In this document: positions 9,038 through 18,898 of the stretch, in pieces
How the letters are laid out: every line of letters starts with the position of its first letter
How positions within the stretch are numbered: the first letter of the stretch is position 1
Source of the DNA: a virus
Direction: 5' to 3' (one strand)
IMG/VR virus record: IMGVR_UViG_3300001460_000022
Span: 5,780 to 69,779 of that record
Length of the DNA: 64,000 nucleotides
Notes under the pieces: model-generated
Databases searched by the model: none
What the model was told of the DNA's origin: nothing
Seen by the model: the letters and a program-made list of their open reading frames with translations, nothing else
Position numbers and translations under genes: made by a program

Positions 9038-10161
9038 TGTTTAAGAATATTATCTTTGACAAAATCTACTAATAGAGAGGTAATTTTTTCATCTGACTCT
9101 AGAAATTCATAAACTGATTTAATTCCTTGGTAAGAATCCTTTGTTTCAATTTTATTTTCTTTAAGATAATTTTTTATTTTATCATCCAGTTTAATCCAAG
9201 CACCTGATTTCTCTAGATAGCCCCACATCAAAAGCATATCAACAACCTCCCTCTCAAGCCAAATAGATCTTCCATTTTTACGACCATGTTTAATTGGGTA
9301 GGTAACAATTTGACCTGTCGCCTCATTTGTTGATTTTAAAATTAACACTTTGGCGTTGTGTCCATAAATTTTATTATCGGGGGTAATTTGTTCTGTTGGC
9401 TTTTCTAGAATTTTGTCACTCTTATTTTGCTTTTTGAATTCTAGAATCCAATCTGGGTAATGTAAAATAGCATTGCCTCCACTGCTGTTTGTCTGGTTAT
9501 TTGGGTCTTGCTTCGCATACATACTTGTAGTGATAGTTGATCTCACCTGAGAAATCATGATGCACATGTGTCCAAACTTACTCATGCCTAAACTGACTCT
9601 TTTTAAGAAATCAGATGTCATTAAAGCTCCTCCCGCTACTTTTCTAGCGTCAGAAGATCCTTTTTCTAAATCTTCTTTTGTAATCAACCCATCCATGCTG
9701 TCGATAACAATACAAAACTTTTCCTTATCTGGATTATTTTTAAGCAAGCCTCTTAAAAAATCAATCATCGTATCCATTATGTGACATTCAAGAACCAAAC
9801 AAGTCCCTGTATCCCAATCTTCTGCACTCTGCACGAATTTAATTCCCGCTCTATCTTTAACGTCTTGACTTAATCTACCTTCTGCCATCACAAAAAGACC
9901 TTTAGAATTTTCTACCGTCTTAAGCATATTGTGCATTACATGCAGGGCTTCATTTGTTTTGCCCCCTTCGTTTGCTCCGATAAACCTATGTAATCCAGAC
10001 CCAAATCCTCCACTCAGAACATGATCGAGAATCATTGATCCACTTGACACTAGATATGGTTCCGCACCTTCCTCTAGGTTGTAGTGGTAGTCCTTATTAG
10101 ATTTAAGGAATGCTTCTGTATAATCTTTTGATCCGCTGCTTTTTTTCTTCATTTTAGTCAT
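9034..10161 (-). CDS. recA: RecA/UvsX-like recombinase
   Basis: SSGSMILDHVLSGG, Walker A GANEGGKT, IVIDS, ISQVR, SGGNAILHY, and LEKSGAW. Confidence 0.85.
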   Translation of the reverse strand: MTKMKKKSSGSKDYTEAFLKSNKDYHYNLEEGAEPYLVSSGSMILDHVLSGGFGSGLHRFIGANEGGKTNEALHVMHNMLKTVENSKGLFVMAEGRLSQDVKDRAGIKFVQSAEDWDTGTCLVLECHIMDTMIDFLRGLLKNNPDKEKFCIVIDSMDGLITKEDLEKGSSDARKVAGGALMTSDFLKRVSLGMSKFGHMCIMISQVRSTITTSMYAKQDPNNQTNSSGGNAILHYPDWILEFKKQNKSDKILEKPTEQITPDNKIYGHNAKVLILKSTNEATGQIVTYPIKHGRKNGRSIWLEREVVDMLLMWGYLEKSGAWIKLDDKIKNYLKENKIETKDSYQGIKSVYEFLESDEKITSLLVDFVKDNILKQ

Positions 10162-10597
10162 TTAAAAAATCTCTTAATGTTTTACTCTTTTTTCTAATGA
10201 TATCTTCTCCTGATTTAACACCAGTGTCAACAAATTTATCTTTCTCAGGAGGTTTGTAGTAAAACTCCTTGTTCTTTTTTTGTAAATACTTTTTCCCATC
10301 TTTTGTTAAAAAGTATTTAATTGTATTTTTAAATACAAATGGAGGTTTTACCTTCGATAAAAAATCAACATCATTTTCAAACTGCTCAAAAACCTTTGTT
10401 GCTGTATGCATCTCCATTCTCCAATCGGTAGCCTTTGATCCAGCAAGCATTCTTTTAACAAACTCTCTCCGTTCTCTAAAAAACGGTTTAGCCTGTTTTT
10501 TCTTTGCTGGAAGAAATTTATGACCGCATTCACAAGTGCTGACTCTAGCACCTAGAAGGCGATTACATGATGGGCAAGACTTTTTACCTCTTGGCAT
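10154..10597 (-). CDS. Hypothetical protein with N-terminal zinc ribbon
   Basis: CPSC...CECGHKF. Confidence 0.7.
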   Translation of the reverse strand: MPRGKKSCPSCNRLLGARVSTCECGHKFLPAKKKQAKPFFRERREFVKRMLAGSKATDWRMEMHTATKVFEQFENDVDFLSKVKPPFVFKNTIKYFLTKDGKKYLQKKNKEFYYKPPEKDKFVDTGVKSGEDIIRKKSKTLRDFLND

Positions 10598-10603
10598 AAA
10601 GTC

Positions 10604-10631
10604 AATATAACCAGATCTCGAATTAAGTCAA
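10604..10631 (-). promoter_or_regulatory. sigma70-type promoter for a leaderless transcript
   Basis: TTGACT-16 bp-TATATT, then 6 nt to the ATG at 10597. Confidence 0.65.
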
Positions 10632-11684
10632 GAGGTCCATGTCATATTTTACCATTTTGCGAACAAGATTAATAAAATTTGTTTTTGGCTCCCAACCAAG
10701 TTCTCTTCGCGCCCTATCTGAATCCCCCAAAAGTAAATCTACTTCTGCGGGTCGATAAAATTGAGGATCTGTTTCCATCAATAAGTCTTCGCCGTGATAA
10801 TATTTTGTATCTTCCTCAATCCCCTCCCATCGACATATAGATCTATGAAACCCCGCAAAGTGAAATGCTTCCTCAACAAACTCTTTGATTGTGTGAGTTT
10901 CATCTGACGATAAGACATAATCATCGGGTTTTTTCCTCCAAACATGCGTCCAATGTTCCTCTTGATTTAGCATCCTCCAAATTCCATCTACAAAATCTTC
11001 TGAATCACTCCAGTCTCTTCTAGAGTTTACATTTCCCAATTTCAAAGGAATTGGTTTTTTATCGCGAGTATACTCATGGGCAATACGAGCCGCATTTTTT
11101 GTAATTTTTCTAGTTACAAACTCCTCTCCTCTCCTTGTCCCCTCATGATTAAATAACCATCCTTGAACAGCATATAGATCATAAGAGTCTCTATATACTT
11201 TCACCAAATGTCTAGCAGCACACTTTGAAGCTCCATACGGGCTTCTCGGCCTTAATGGATGTTCTTCGGATTGTGGTTCTGTAACCACATCACCAAATTC
11301 TTCAGAACTTCCTGCGTTGTAATATCTACAATGTGGCACATGTTTCCTAATAGCTTCCAATTGGTGAAGAACCGCCATGCAGTTTGTCTGCATATGGTTA
11401 ACTGGCATTTTCCAGCTTGTTCCTACAAAAGAGTTCGCAGCAAAATTAATAAAATAATCAGGCTTATGCTCTGAGATTACTCTGTCGATATTTTCTGCAT
11501 CCGTTACATCTAAATCAATAAGAAAAAATCTTTTGTTATCTAGAAGATGTTCGATATTATCGTGATTTTTCACACTTAATCTACGAACTCCTCCAATAAT
11601 TGTGTGGTCTGTCTTACTCAAAAGATAGTCCACCATATGACTTCCATCTTGACCAGTAACTCCTGTAACAATAATTTTTTTCAT
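10623..11684 (-). CDS. gmd: GDP-mannose 4,6-dehydratase
   Basis: TGVTGQDGS, SSEEFG, PRSPYGASK, LFNHE, FVTRKIT, LGN...RDW and RPAEVDLLLGD. Start moved to the ATG at 11684 (ATGA overlap). Confidence 0.93.
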   Translation of the reverse strand: MKKIIVTGVTGQDGSHMVDYLLSKTDHTIIGGVRRLSVKNHDNIEHLLDNKRFFLIDLDVTDAENIDRVISEHKPDYFINFAANSFVGTSWKMPVNHMQTNCMAVLHQLEAIRKHVPHCRYYNAGSSEEFGDVVTEPQSEEHPLRPRSPYGASKCAARHLVKVYRDSYDLYAVQGWLFNHEGTRRGEEFVTRKITKNAARIAHEYTRDKKPIPLKLGNVNSRRDWSDSEDFVDGIWRMLNQEEHWTHVWRKKPDDYVLSSDETHTIKEFVEEAFHFAGFHRSICRWEGIEEDTKYYHGEDLLMETDPQFYRPAEVDLLLGDSDRARRELGWEPKTNFINLVRKMVKYDMDLLT

Positions 11685-12463
11685 TCCCAATTTAATACAT
11701 CATCTATTTGTTGTTGTATATTAGGAACAATCATATCACTTTTCAAACATTTATTTACAAATTTTTTGCCGTCATAACAAAGATTTACATGTTTTTTTAG
11801 TTTTAACTTTGTATTTAAGGTTTCTAGAAGAACACCTTTTGATATGTAATTTTCAGTGCCAATCTGTATATACTTTTTGTTTAAATCATTAAAAAGCAAG
11901 CTTAAACAAATTTTTGACCATTGCAGCGTTGTGATTCCATTCCATAGATGATTAACATATCCATCGATGGATGTTTTTTCATTTTTTACAAACCAGTCCC
12001 ATAAAGAAAATTGAGAACCGACTTCTCTTCCGATAATTGACGTTCTTAAAATAGTCGTATTCTCAAATCCCATTAAATAATCTGAAGCAAAAATTTTACT
12101 CCTTCCATATGGATCTGTCGCATCTTTTTCGCATTGCTTTGTATATCTATGATGGATGTCACTCGAACCTAAAAACTCACAATCTGTAGTGGGGTGAATA
12201 ACTCTCCCTTTAAAATTGTTTGCTAAAAAAACAGGAAGAAAAAAATTATTTATTAAATATTCTTGCTCTTTAGGTTTTTTTTGAGGAATACAACCTAAAC
12301 AATTTACAATAGCATCAGCTTCCGACTTTAAAATTTTGCTTGTATAATGAGAATCTGGCCACCTACAACCCTGTATTATATCAACAATTACTTTATTCTG
12401 TTTTAAATATCTACAGAGAGTGCTTCCAAGCATCCCCTTATGACCCAAAACTAATACTCTCAT
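11681..12463 (-). CDS. RmlD-like NDP-4-keto-6-deoxysugar reductase
   Basis: LGHKGMLG Rossmann motif, TTDCEF, YGRSK, LRTSIIG and WNGITT. Confidence 0.85.
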   Translation of the reverse strand: MRVLVLGHKGMLGSTLCRYLKQNKVIVDIIQGCRWPDSHYTSKILKSEADAIVNCLGCIPQKKPKEQEYLINNFFLPVFLANNFKGRVIHPTTDCEFLGSSDIHHRYTKQCEKDATDPYGRSKIFASDYLMGFENTTILRTSIIGREVGSQFSLWDWFVKNEKTSIDGYVNHLWNGITTLQWSKICLSLLFNDLNKKYIQIGTENYISKGVLLETLNTKLKLKKHVNLCYDGKKFVNKCLKSDMIVPNIQQQIDDVLNWE

Positions 12464-13407
12464 TTTTTATAAAAATTATATTTTTCTAGAAACGAATAAC
12501 AATCTTGTGTTGGTAACACAACATCTCTACTGGAAAATTCATTATTCTCAAATTTCTCATTGTTACCTACTTTTTTATAATGCATTAGATAATAGTCTTC
12601 CTCGGAAAATACTCTTGGAATTTCTTCTTCTGAAATCATTAGCTCATGAATTTTTTCTGAGATTCTTGGGTTACCTAATTTGTATTTCAGGCCGAACTCT
12701 TCTTTATATATATCAAAAACATCTTTAATTAAAAAACTATTCGCCCTTGGTATAATATTATATCCAGTTTTTGTTAAGGCAAATTCGATAAGAGATACTG
12801 CACTGTCTATTGGAAGCATAAATCTAGTCATCTCTTCTGAGTATAAAGTTAATTCGTAGCCCTTTTCTATCGCATCCCAAATTAAAGGTATTAGGCTCCC
12901 TGTTGAGTTTATTACATTCCCATATATAGCTGTTGATAAATTAATTGGGAGCTTCTCTGCATTTACTATAAAACTTTCTCCAGCTACAAACTTCATAGCC
13001 CCATATAAAGTAGTTGCAGCCCTAGATTTATCACTCGATACAAAACAAGCAGCTTCTTTTATGTTTTCTTCTGCGATTCTTCTACTATTTAATCCTCCAT
13101 TGACAATGATTTCATGGGCTTCATTCACATTTTCATCAACTGCTTCAATCTGCTTCAAGCTAGCTGCAAAGATCCCTATATCATGACTTAAAGAAGCTTT
13201 TTTCAATAAATCGTAATTTCTAATATCTCCTATTACGCAATTAATTTTTGGAAATCTTTTCTTTAAAAAATAATGTTTAGATTCATCTCTACTAAAAATT
13301 GTTAGCTCATTGTCATTATAAAATTTTTTAACAAGATTAGTTCCTAGATAGCCAGCACCACCTGTTATAAATATTCTTTTATTTTTCAATGTTTTAATCT
13401 CTTTCAA
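12460..13407 (-). CDS. UDP-GlcNAc 4,6-dehydratase (FnlA/WbvB/PseB-like)
   Basis: ITGGAGYLG, FSRDESK, GDIR, AASLKQ, SSDK, YGAMK, YGNV..S.GS, MTRF and EKIHE. Confidence 0.88.
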   Translation of the reverse strand: MKEIKTLKNKRIFITGGAGYLGTNLVKKFYNDNELTIFSRDESKHYFLKKRFPKINCVIGDIRNYDLLKKASLSHDIGIFAASLKQIEAVDENVNEAHEIIVNGGLNSRRIAEENIKEAACFVSSDKSRAATTLYGAMKFVAGESFIVNAEKLPINLSTAIYGNVINSTGSLIPLIWDAIEKGYELTLYSEEMTRFMLPIDSAVSLIEFALTKTGYNIIPRANSFLIKDVFDIYKEEFGLKYKLGNPRISEKIHELMISEEEIPRVFSEEDYYLMHYKKVGNNEKFENNEFSSRDVVLPTQDCYSFLEKYNFYKK

Positions 13408-14245
13408 GTCTAAAAAGTTCCAACTCCCCTAAATCCATGTCATGGTCTTCTATTATGAATCCTATCTTCATTTCTGTTCTAAATTGAGGAATAGTCAGAC
13501 CAGTTTTTTTTAAGAAAACTTCTTCGTTACCAGAACTTCTGTTTTTTGGTTTCTTTTTGTTTGTAGCAGAAGATGCATGAAAAACATGAGATTTTTTAGA
13601 TGTTACAAATCTAAAATTATTATTATGTAATGTATATAAAAAATATGGAAATATATCGTCCCTCCCATAACCACTAAAGAAATCCATATCCCACCAGCCT
13701 GAATATCCACCCACTTTAAATAAATCACTACATTTTACCATTATTGGATGGCAATAAGCTTGTATCTTGTATTTTTGCTCATAAAATCCATTTTCTGATT
13801 TCTTTTTAAATTGATTTCGTGACTCTTCACTAAAAAAATCTTTTAAAGTTTCATCTACAGTTACTGAAACATTATTACTATTAAAATTTTCTACAAGTCT
13901 ACAAGAAGCAGAGCAAGGGTAATGTTTCTCGATGATTCCAATCAAATCGTCAGCAAAATTACCACAGAAAACCATATCGTCATTTGAATTCATAAAATAC
14001 TCTGCGTTTTGAGCAAATGGTAAAAGGTAATCAATTGCAAGTTCTCCCCTGTTTTCTGGGACAGCGACAAAAGGTATTTTTAAATCCAACAAATATTTTA
14101 TAGATTCAATGTCTGCCTCGTTTAAAACAACAGCAATCCCATCTTTAGAAAGATCCATACATTCTAAAAGAGAATCCACGGTTATCTTCAACAGTTCTGG
14201 GTTATCCCAAGAACACATCCCTACTAATAATCTTTTTTTATACAT
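13394..14245 (-). CDS. GT-A (GT2-like) glycosyltransferase
   Basis: SNDDM (DxD-like), VGGY, YGRDD and VFH motifs. Confidence 0.72.
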   Translation of the reverse strand: MYKKRLLVGMCSWDNPELLKITVDSLLECMDLSKDGIAVVLNEADIESIKYLLDLKIPFVAVPENRGELAIDYLLPFAQNAEYFMNSNDDMVFCGNFADDLIGIIEKHYPCSASCRLVENFNSNNVSVTVDETLKDFFSEESRNQFKKKSENGFYEQKYKIQAYCHPIMVKCSDLFKVGGYSGWWDMDFFSGYGRDDIFPYFLYTLHNNNFRFVTSKKSHVFHASSATNKKKPKNRSSGNEEVFLKKTGLTIPQFRTEMKIGFIIEDHDMDLGELELFRLERD

Positions 14246-15008
14246 CTTTTATAACCCTCGGTATCTCTAAATTATGCTTCTCATGGAAACTTTCATCAAA
14301 TTCTAGGCAATGTTTATCGTTATTCCATTTATACCCACAATGACCAAAATGTCTATGCTGATATTCTACTTTCCTCTTGCCAATTCTGTCGTTGAGCCAT
14401 GTGTAGTGAGGTATATATGCTACTTGTTTTGGTATTATTTCTAGCTCCTCTATTGCCTCGTAAGAAATCATGCTGCCATTGTTTTCTCCTTCTTTATAGC
14501 AAATATCGTTATCCCAATAGAATCCCTCCAAAGAAAGATTATCTTTAATCTTTGTTTTAAAAATTCTAGGGGGACAGAAAGGTTCTTCTAGATAATGGTC
14601 TAAATCAAAAACATGGTTCTTTAAAGATAATTTAAATAAATTTTTATTGCTAGACTCTACATATTCTTCAATTTTATTGATGTGTTGATCTGTATAAAAT
14701 TCATCTGAATCTACAAGCCATAGATAATCTACATTATATTTCTTTAAATAAAACAAAGCAAAGTTTCTTGCTTCTGCCTCTGTTACATACTGTGGATTAT
14801 CCACAAGATATTTTAGTTTTTTCTGTTCAACAAGTTCTCTTAAAAGATCTGTGGTATGATCATGTAGTGTATCTATACCTTTATATTCCTTAAACGGAAC
14901 TGAGACAGCAGATACAATGTGATTATCTCGATTTAAAAACGGTTCGATTGATTTTAGAATATAATCTTCCGTATTATATCCACAATAAATTATTCCATAT
15001 TTTTTCAT
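14238..15008 (-). CDS. GT-A (GT2-like) glycosyltransferase
   Basis: YNTEDYI, EAEARN, LVDSDEFY, PRIF and a C-terminal HY motif. Confidence 0.75.
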   Translation of the reverse strand: MKKYGIIYCGYNTEDYILKSIEPFLNRDNHIVSAVSVPFKEYKGIDTLHDHTTDLLRELVEQKKLKYLVDNPQYVTEAEARNFALFYLKKYNVDYLWLVDSDEFYTDQHINKIEEYVESSNKNLFKLSLKNHVFDLDHYLEEPFCPPRIFKTKIKDNLSLEGFYWDNDICYKEGENNGSMISYEAIEELEIIPKQVAYIPHYTWLNDRIGKRKVEYQHRHFGHCGYKWNNDKHCLEFDESFHEKHNLEIPRVIKDV

Positions 15009-15799
15009 AATTTAGGCCAAAGAGGTTGTGGGAAGTTGTGCAACTTGGAAGGAGGATTAAAATCAGTAGGATCTGTAAGAACATTAGTTGCTTCTACTTT
15101 CTTCTTCCTACTCAAACTTTTTCTTTCTGACCAAATATCCTTCCAAAAATTTTTATTCAAATTTGCTCTTCTTTCTATATCTAGAAATCCAAGATGGATA
15201 ACTTTTGGATCATTATTTGTGACTGCAATTTTACCAATGCACGGTATTAAATTTCCTTTTTCATCAATCAACTCACAAGTGTCACTTTTCTCTGGATCAA
15301 AACTACCATCATTTTTTAATGCAAAATTTACTGGACCTCGAAATGTCTGTTCTCTTGTATGCATATACCATTTATATCCTATATCCACAAAGTGATCTAA
15401 ATCTCCATAAAGATTAATGCTTGGTAGCATAACACTACAAGGAAAATCGTGCTTACTTATCTCTTTAGCTATCTCAATGTAACCTTGTTTGTCTCCAGAT
15501 AACCTTTCATCAAGGTCCACTTGTATAGAGACACTATGCTTGCAATTTTCCAAGCTAGCATTTTTTAATTTACCGTCCCAATATATATCTTGAAAAATAT
15601 CCAAATTCCTTGATACTACACCGATTCTTTTTGGGTCATAATATTTGCTTGATGTTATTTTTTCCCTGACATCCTCATGATCTTTTCTTAAAGTCCCTAT
15701 AACTATCTCATCAACATAGTAAAGCCAATTAGAAAAAGCATCATCTAAATCTACGTCAAAGTCTTTTAAATTAAAAGCTGTTGTATAAAGTGAAATCAT
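15005..15799 (-). CDS. GT-A (GT2-like) glycosyltransferase
   Basis: VDEIVI, KNASL, QVDLDER and IHLG. Confidence 0.72.
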   Translation of the reverse strand: MISLYTTAFNLKDFDVDLDDAFSNWLYYVDEIVIGTLRKDHEDVREKITSSKYYDPKRIGVVSRNLDIFQDIYWDGKLKNASLENCKHSVSIQVDLDERLSGDKQGYIEIAKEISKHDFPCSVMLPSINLYGDLDHFVDIGYKWYMHTREQTFRGPVNFALKNDGSFDPEKSDTCELIDEKGNLIPCIGKIAVTNNDPKVIHLGFLDIERRANLNKNFWKDIWSERKSLSRKKKVEATNVLTDPTDFNPPSKLHNFPQPLWPKL

Positions 15800-16629
15800 A
15801 TTTTTTTAATTAACGTAAAATCATGTTTATCTACCAAATCTCTAGCACCCAAAAATTCATATCTATACCAATCATTTAGTATTTTCTCTGAATTTATGCA
15901 TTCTTCCAAAATTTCTGTCAAATTATTTTTTATGCACTTTTTAACAGATTTTAAACAATGTGGGTCAAATCCAAGATTAGAAACTTCATTTAAGAATTTG
16001 GACCTTATTAGATACCTTTCTCTTACAAATCTTTGATTATTTTCAAAATGAAGCAATAAATGATTAGTTGTAGGGAATATGTAATATTTCATTGCCGAAA
16101 CAAATATAGCAAATTTATCTCTAGCTTTGTTTCTCACATTAGAAAAAAAACAATCTTCCCAAACGTCTGTTTTTGTAATTTCTATTGCTTTAGAAACTCC
16201 ATCTATTCCCTCATGAGGGTTGCCAACAAATTTTGTTTCTTCTTTTAATTTAGCTGCAAATCTTTTGCCATGCAAATACACACAGTCAATACCATCCTTC
16301 TCTAAAGATGGTATGATTGTTTTAAATAATTCTACAAAATCTTTTGTTATTCTTTCATGACAATCAACTGTAACAAACCAATCCCCGACTCTCATCGGTC
16401 CCTGATATAAACAATGATTTCTGCTGTAGTCTAATCTATTGCACCATTTAGAATATATTATTTCACCATCTCCTTTTATACTTTCTAGGTATTCCGCACC
16501 TTTATCTTTAGGATAATGGAATGTCCAAACAAAACCATCAAAACAATATTTTATTGGTTCAATTAATTTTTTTAAATGCTCATGATTTCCCTCATGAGTT
16601 ACCCCTGTAAACCAAAATTTATTTTTCAT
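15796..16629 (-). CDS. GT-A-like glycosyltransferase
   Basis: DYSRNHCL, WFVTVDCHER (DxxE variant) and FVGNPHE, as seen in GT2 proteins. Confidence 0.6.
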   Translation of the reverse strand: MKNKFWFTGVTHEGNHEHLKKLIEPIKYCFDGFVWTFHYPKDKGAEYLESIKGDGEIIYSKWCNRLDYSRNHCLYQGPMRVGDWFVTVDCHERITKDFVELFKTIIPSLEKDGIDCVYLHGKRFAAKLKEETKFVGNPHEGIDGVSKAIEITKTDVWEDCFFSNVRNKARDKFAIFVSAMKYYIFPTTNHLLLHFENNQRFVRERYLIRSKFLNEVSNLGFDPHCLKSVKKCIKNNLTEILEECINSEKILNDWYRYEFLGARDLVDKHDFTLIKKI

Positions 16630-17396
16630 CCTATATGATCGGAGTGAACTTTATGGGTATTAAAAAAAGAAAAAGGAGTTTTTGAGTTTGTCATTTCCTT
16701 CAAAAGATCTCCAGACATTAATTCACAGTGATAGTCGCCAAGCTGATCTAAATATTTTTGAGCAGTTTTCCAAGCAATAAATATTTCATTAGTTCTGCTT
16801 ATATTAGGTTGGAAAGTGAAAGTCGGACCATATTCCGTATAATTTATTGCTTGTGTAAAGATATTTTCATTTTCTTTATAATAATTACCCTTGGGATCTC
16901 TGAAGCCCTCTTCATCTCCATGATTAAACCTCACACAAAGTTGATCAGGATTTTGATCTAAAAATGAAACACAGTCTTTAAAGGCTTCTTTTAAATTTAT
17001 TGATTGACATCTAAATAAGTAATCATCCTCTAACCACAATGTATATTTTTGTTTTCTTATTTCTTTGTCTGAGAAAGCTTTATATATATCTTTAAAATAT
17101 TCCGCAGAATGACTTAAAGCATTTTCACTATGATGCTGAACTTCAGATTTTGTTTCAATAACTCTAATCCCCTTGTCCTCGCACAAGTTTTTGATTTCTT
17201 TTGCTATATCTTCTTCTCCTTCTCGGCATTTTAAATGAAGTAGCATATTTTTAAAATAACTATTACCTACCTGATCTAACAACGAGTTAACAGTTTTTTC
17301 ATAAGTATATTCTGCTTTATATCCTTCAAAGTTATTCCCATGACCATGTTTTGGTATGGTTGTGCAAAATATAATTAAATTTAAAGGAATACTCAT
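16626..17396 (-). CDS. Putative glycosyltransferase
   Basis: YTLWLEDDY acidic motif, FQP, C-terminal HIG, and operon context. Confidence 0.55.
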   Translation of the reverse strand: MSIPLNLIIFCTTIPKHGHGNNFEGYKAEYTYEKTVNSLLDQVGNSYFKNMLLHLKCREGEEDIAKEIKNLCEDKGIRVIETKSEVQHHSENALSHSAEYFKDIYKAFSDKEIRKQKYTLWLEDDYLFRCQSINLKEAFKDCVSFLDQNPDQLCVRFNHGDEEGFRDPKGNYYKENENIFTQAINYTEYGPTFTFQPNISRTNEIFIAWKTAQKYLDQLGDYHCELMSGDLLKEMTNSKTPFSFFNTHKVHSDHIG

Positions 17397-18022
17397 TATT
17401 TTAATAATTGTTTAATTTTAAATGATTCAACTTTTTCTAATCCCCTTTTATGACAAGGGTAGTTTGAATGAAAAGATAATAAAACATCGTCTTTGAAATA
17501 CCACTTATTCTTTTGACTTTCAAAAAGTTTTAGTAAATTAAGTTTCTGATCATAAACATTAGTTATATCTGAAAAAAAATTAGGTGTCCACTCATCTAAA
17601 GTGCTTGGGGTTCTATATTCAATAATACTTAAAGGTTTATTCCGTGCTAAAGCTGGACCCAGATTATTTACGATTTTATGCTCAAAATGAGAATCTGTAG
17701 AAGTTGGAATAAAAATGCAATCATACTTAATTTCATTTAAAAATTTTGTTTCAATTTTATATACCCAATAATCTTCAGAGTTATCTTTAATAAAAACAGA
17801 ATCTGAAAAAGATAAAGACACATTATTAAATGTATTCCAAACTTTTAAATTTTCCCCCCATCTTTCTTCACATGTTGATTTGTCAAAGTCCCCACCTTTA
17901 CTCATACAAAAAACATCAAAAAATGTATGATTATATTTACTTATAGAACCTAGCATACTATACTCAACATCATCTGGATGTGGAGATAAACATAAAACAT
18001 TATTAAAGCCTAAAAATCTCAT
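17396..18022 (-). CDS. PIG-L/LmbE-family N-deacetylase
   Basis: SPHPDD and HFEH metal motifs, FESQ. Confidence 0.88.
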   Translation of the reverse strand: MRFLGFNNVLCLSPHPDDVEYSMLGSISKYNHTFFDVFCMSKGGDFDKSTCEERWGENLKVWNTFNNVSLSFSDSVFIKDNSEDYWVYKIETKFLNEIKYDCIFIPTSTDSHFEHKIVNNLGPALARNKPLSIIEYRTPSTLDEWTPNFFSDITNVYDQKLNLLKLFESQKNKWYFKDDVLLSFHSNYPCHKRGLEKVESFKIKQLLK

Positions 18023-18897
18023 TCTTTTACAATTTCTTCAAAATATCTAATCGCTGTAATTTCTCTAGCTTCTTTCGATTCTGGTTTATTATTTTTTAAT
18101 AAATCAAAATAAATATCTGCACAGTTAACTCCAGCTAAAGTAGACATATAAGTTCCTCCTCCTAACCTCGGGTTGCATTCTAGTAAGTAAGGTATCCCTA
18201 ACTGTGTTACAATGAATTGCATACAAGATGGACCCTTTATGCTTAATTCTTTTACAACTTTTTTAACTTGCTCTTTTATTGCTTTGTTTTTTGTAATTTT
18301 ACCGATAACAGAAATTCCAGCCTTGGTAGATACCCTCTCTCTAATAACATGAGAAACAATGTTGCTTTCCATATCACAGAAAACATCTACGGTATATTCT
18401 TTCCCTGAAATATACTCTTGTATCATTTCATTTCTGCTTTCTGTTATTTTTATCCCTCTGCTACCACTCCCTACAATTGGTTTTTGAATAAATGGACCTC
18501 TGATACTCAAAGGTAAGTTTATATCTTTTGTTTTTAAATATTCATAAAACCTATGTTTTTGCTGACAGGTTTGAACCGTGAAAGTATCAGAACAAAATAT
18601 TTTACAACCATTCATTTCAAACTTATCTTTATTCCAAGAAAGTTTAACAAGATCATGTTCTCCTGTAGGTATAATTACATCTATCTTATGCTTAACTACA
18701 AGTTTTAGTAAGAATAAAAGATATTCTTCTGACGAGGCCACAGGCACAGTAAAACCCTCATCAGCTAACATATTACCAGCGGATAATTGATTACAATCTA
18801 CAGCATAAACTTTCGCTTCATGTTTTGATTTTTTAATCGATTTAATTAATCCTATAGCGGCTGGGCCTCCAGATTCTGTAACTAATATATTAATCAT
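18019..18897 (-). CDS. ATP-grasp ligase (CarB-like, single domain)
   Basis: KPIVGSGSRGI, IQEYISGKEYTVD and LECNPRLGGG. Start moved to the ATG at 18897. Confidence 0.85.
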   Translation of the reverse strand: MINILVTESGGPAAIGLIKSIKKSKHEAKVYAVDCNQLSAGNMLADEGFTVPVASSEEYLLFLLKLVVKHKIDVIIPTGEHDLVKLSWNKDKFEMNGCKIFCSDTFTVQTCQQKHRFYEYLKTKDINLPLSIRGPFIQKPIVGSGSRGIKITESRNEMIQEYISGKEYTVDVFCDMESNIVSHVIRERVSTKAGISVIGKITKNKAIKEQVKKVVKELSIKGPSCMQFIVTQLGIPYLLECNPRLGGGTYMSTLAGVNCADIYFDLLKNNKPESKEAREITAIRYFEEIVKE

Positions 18898-18898
18898 C

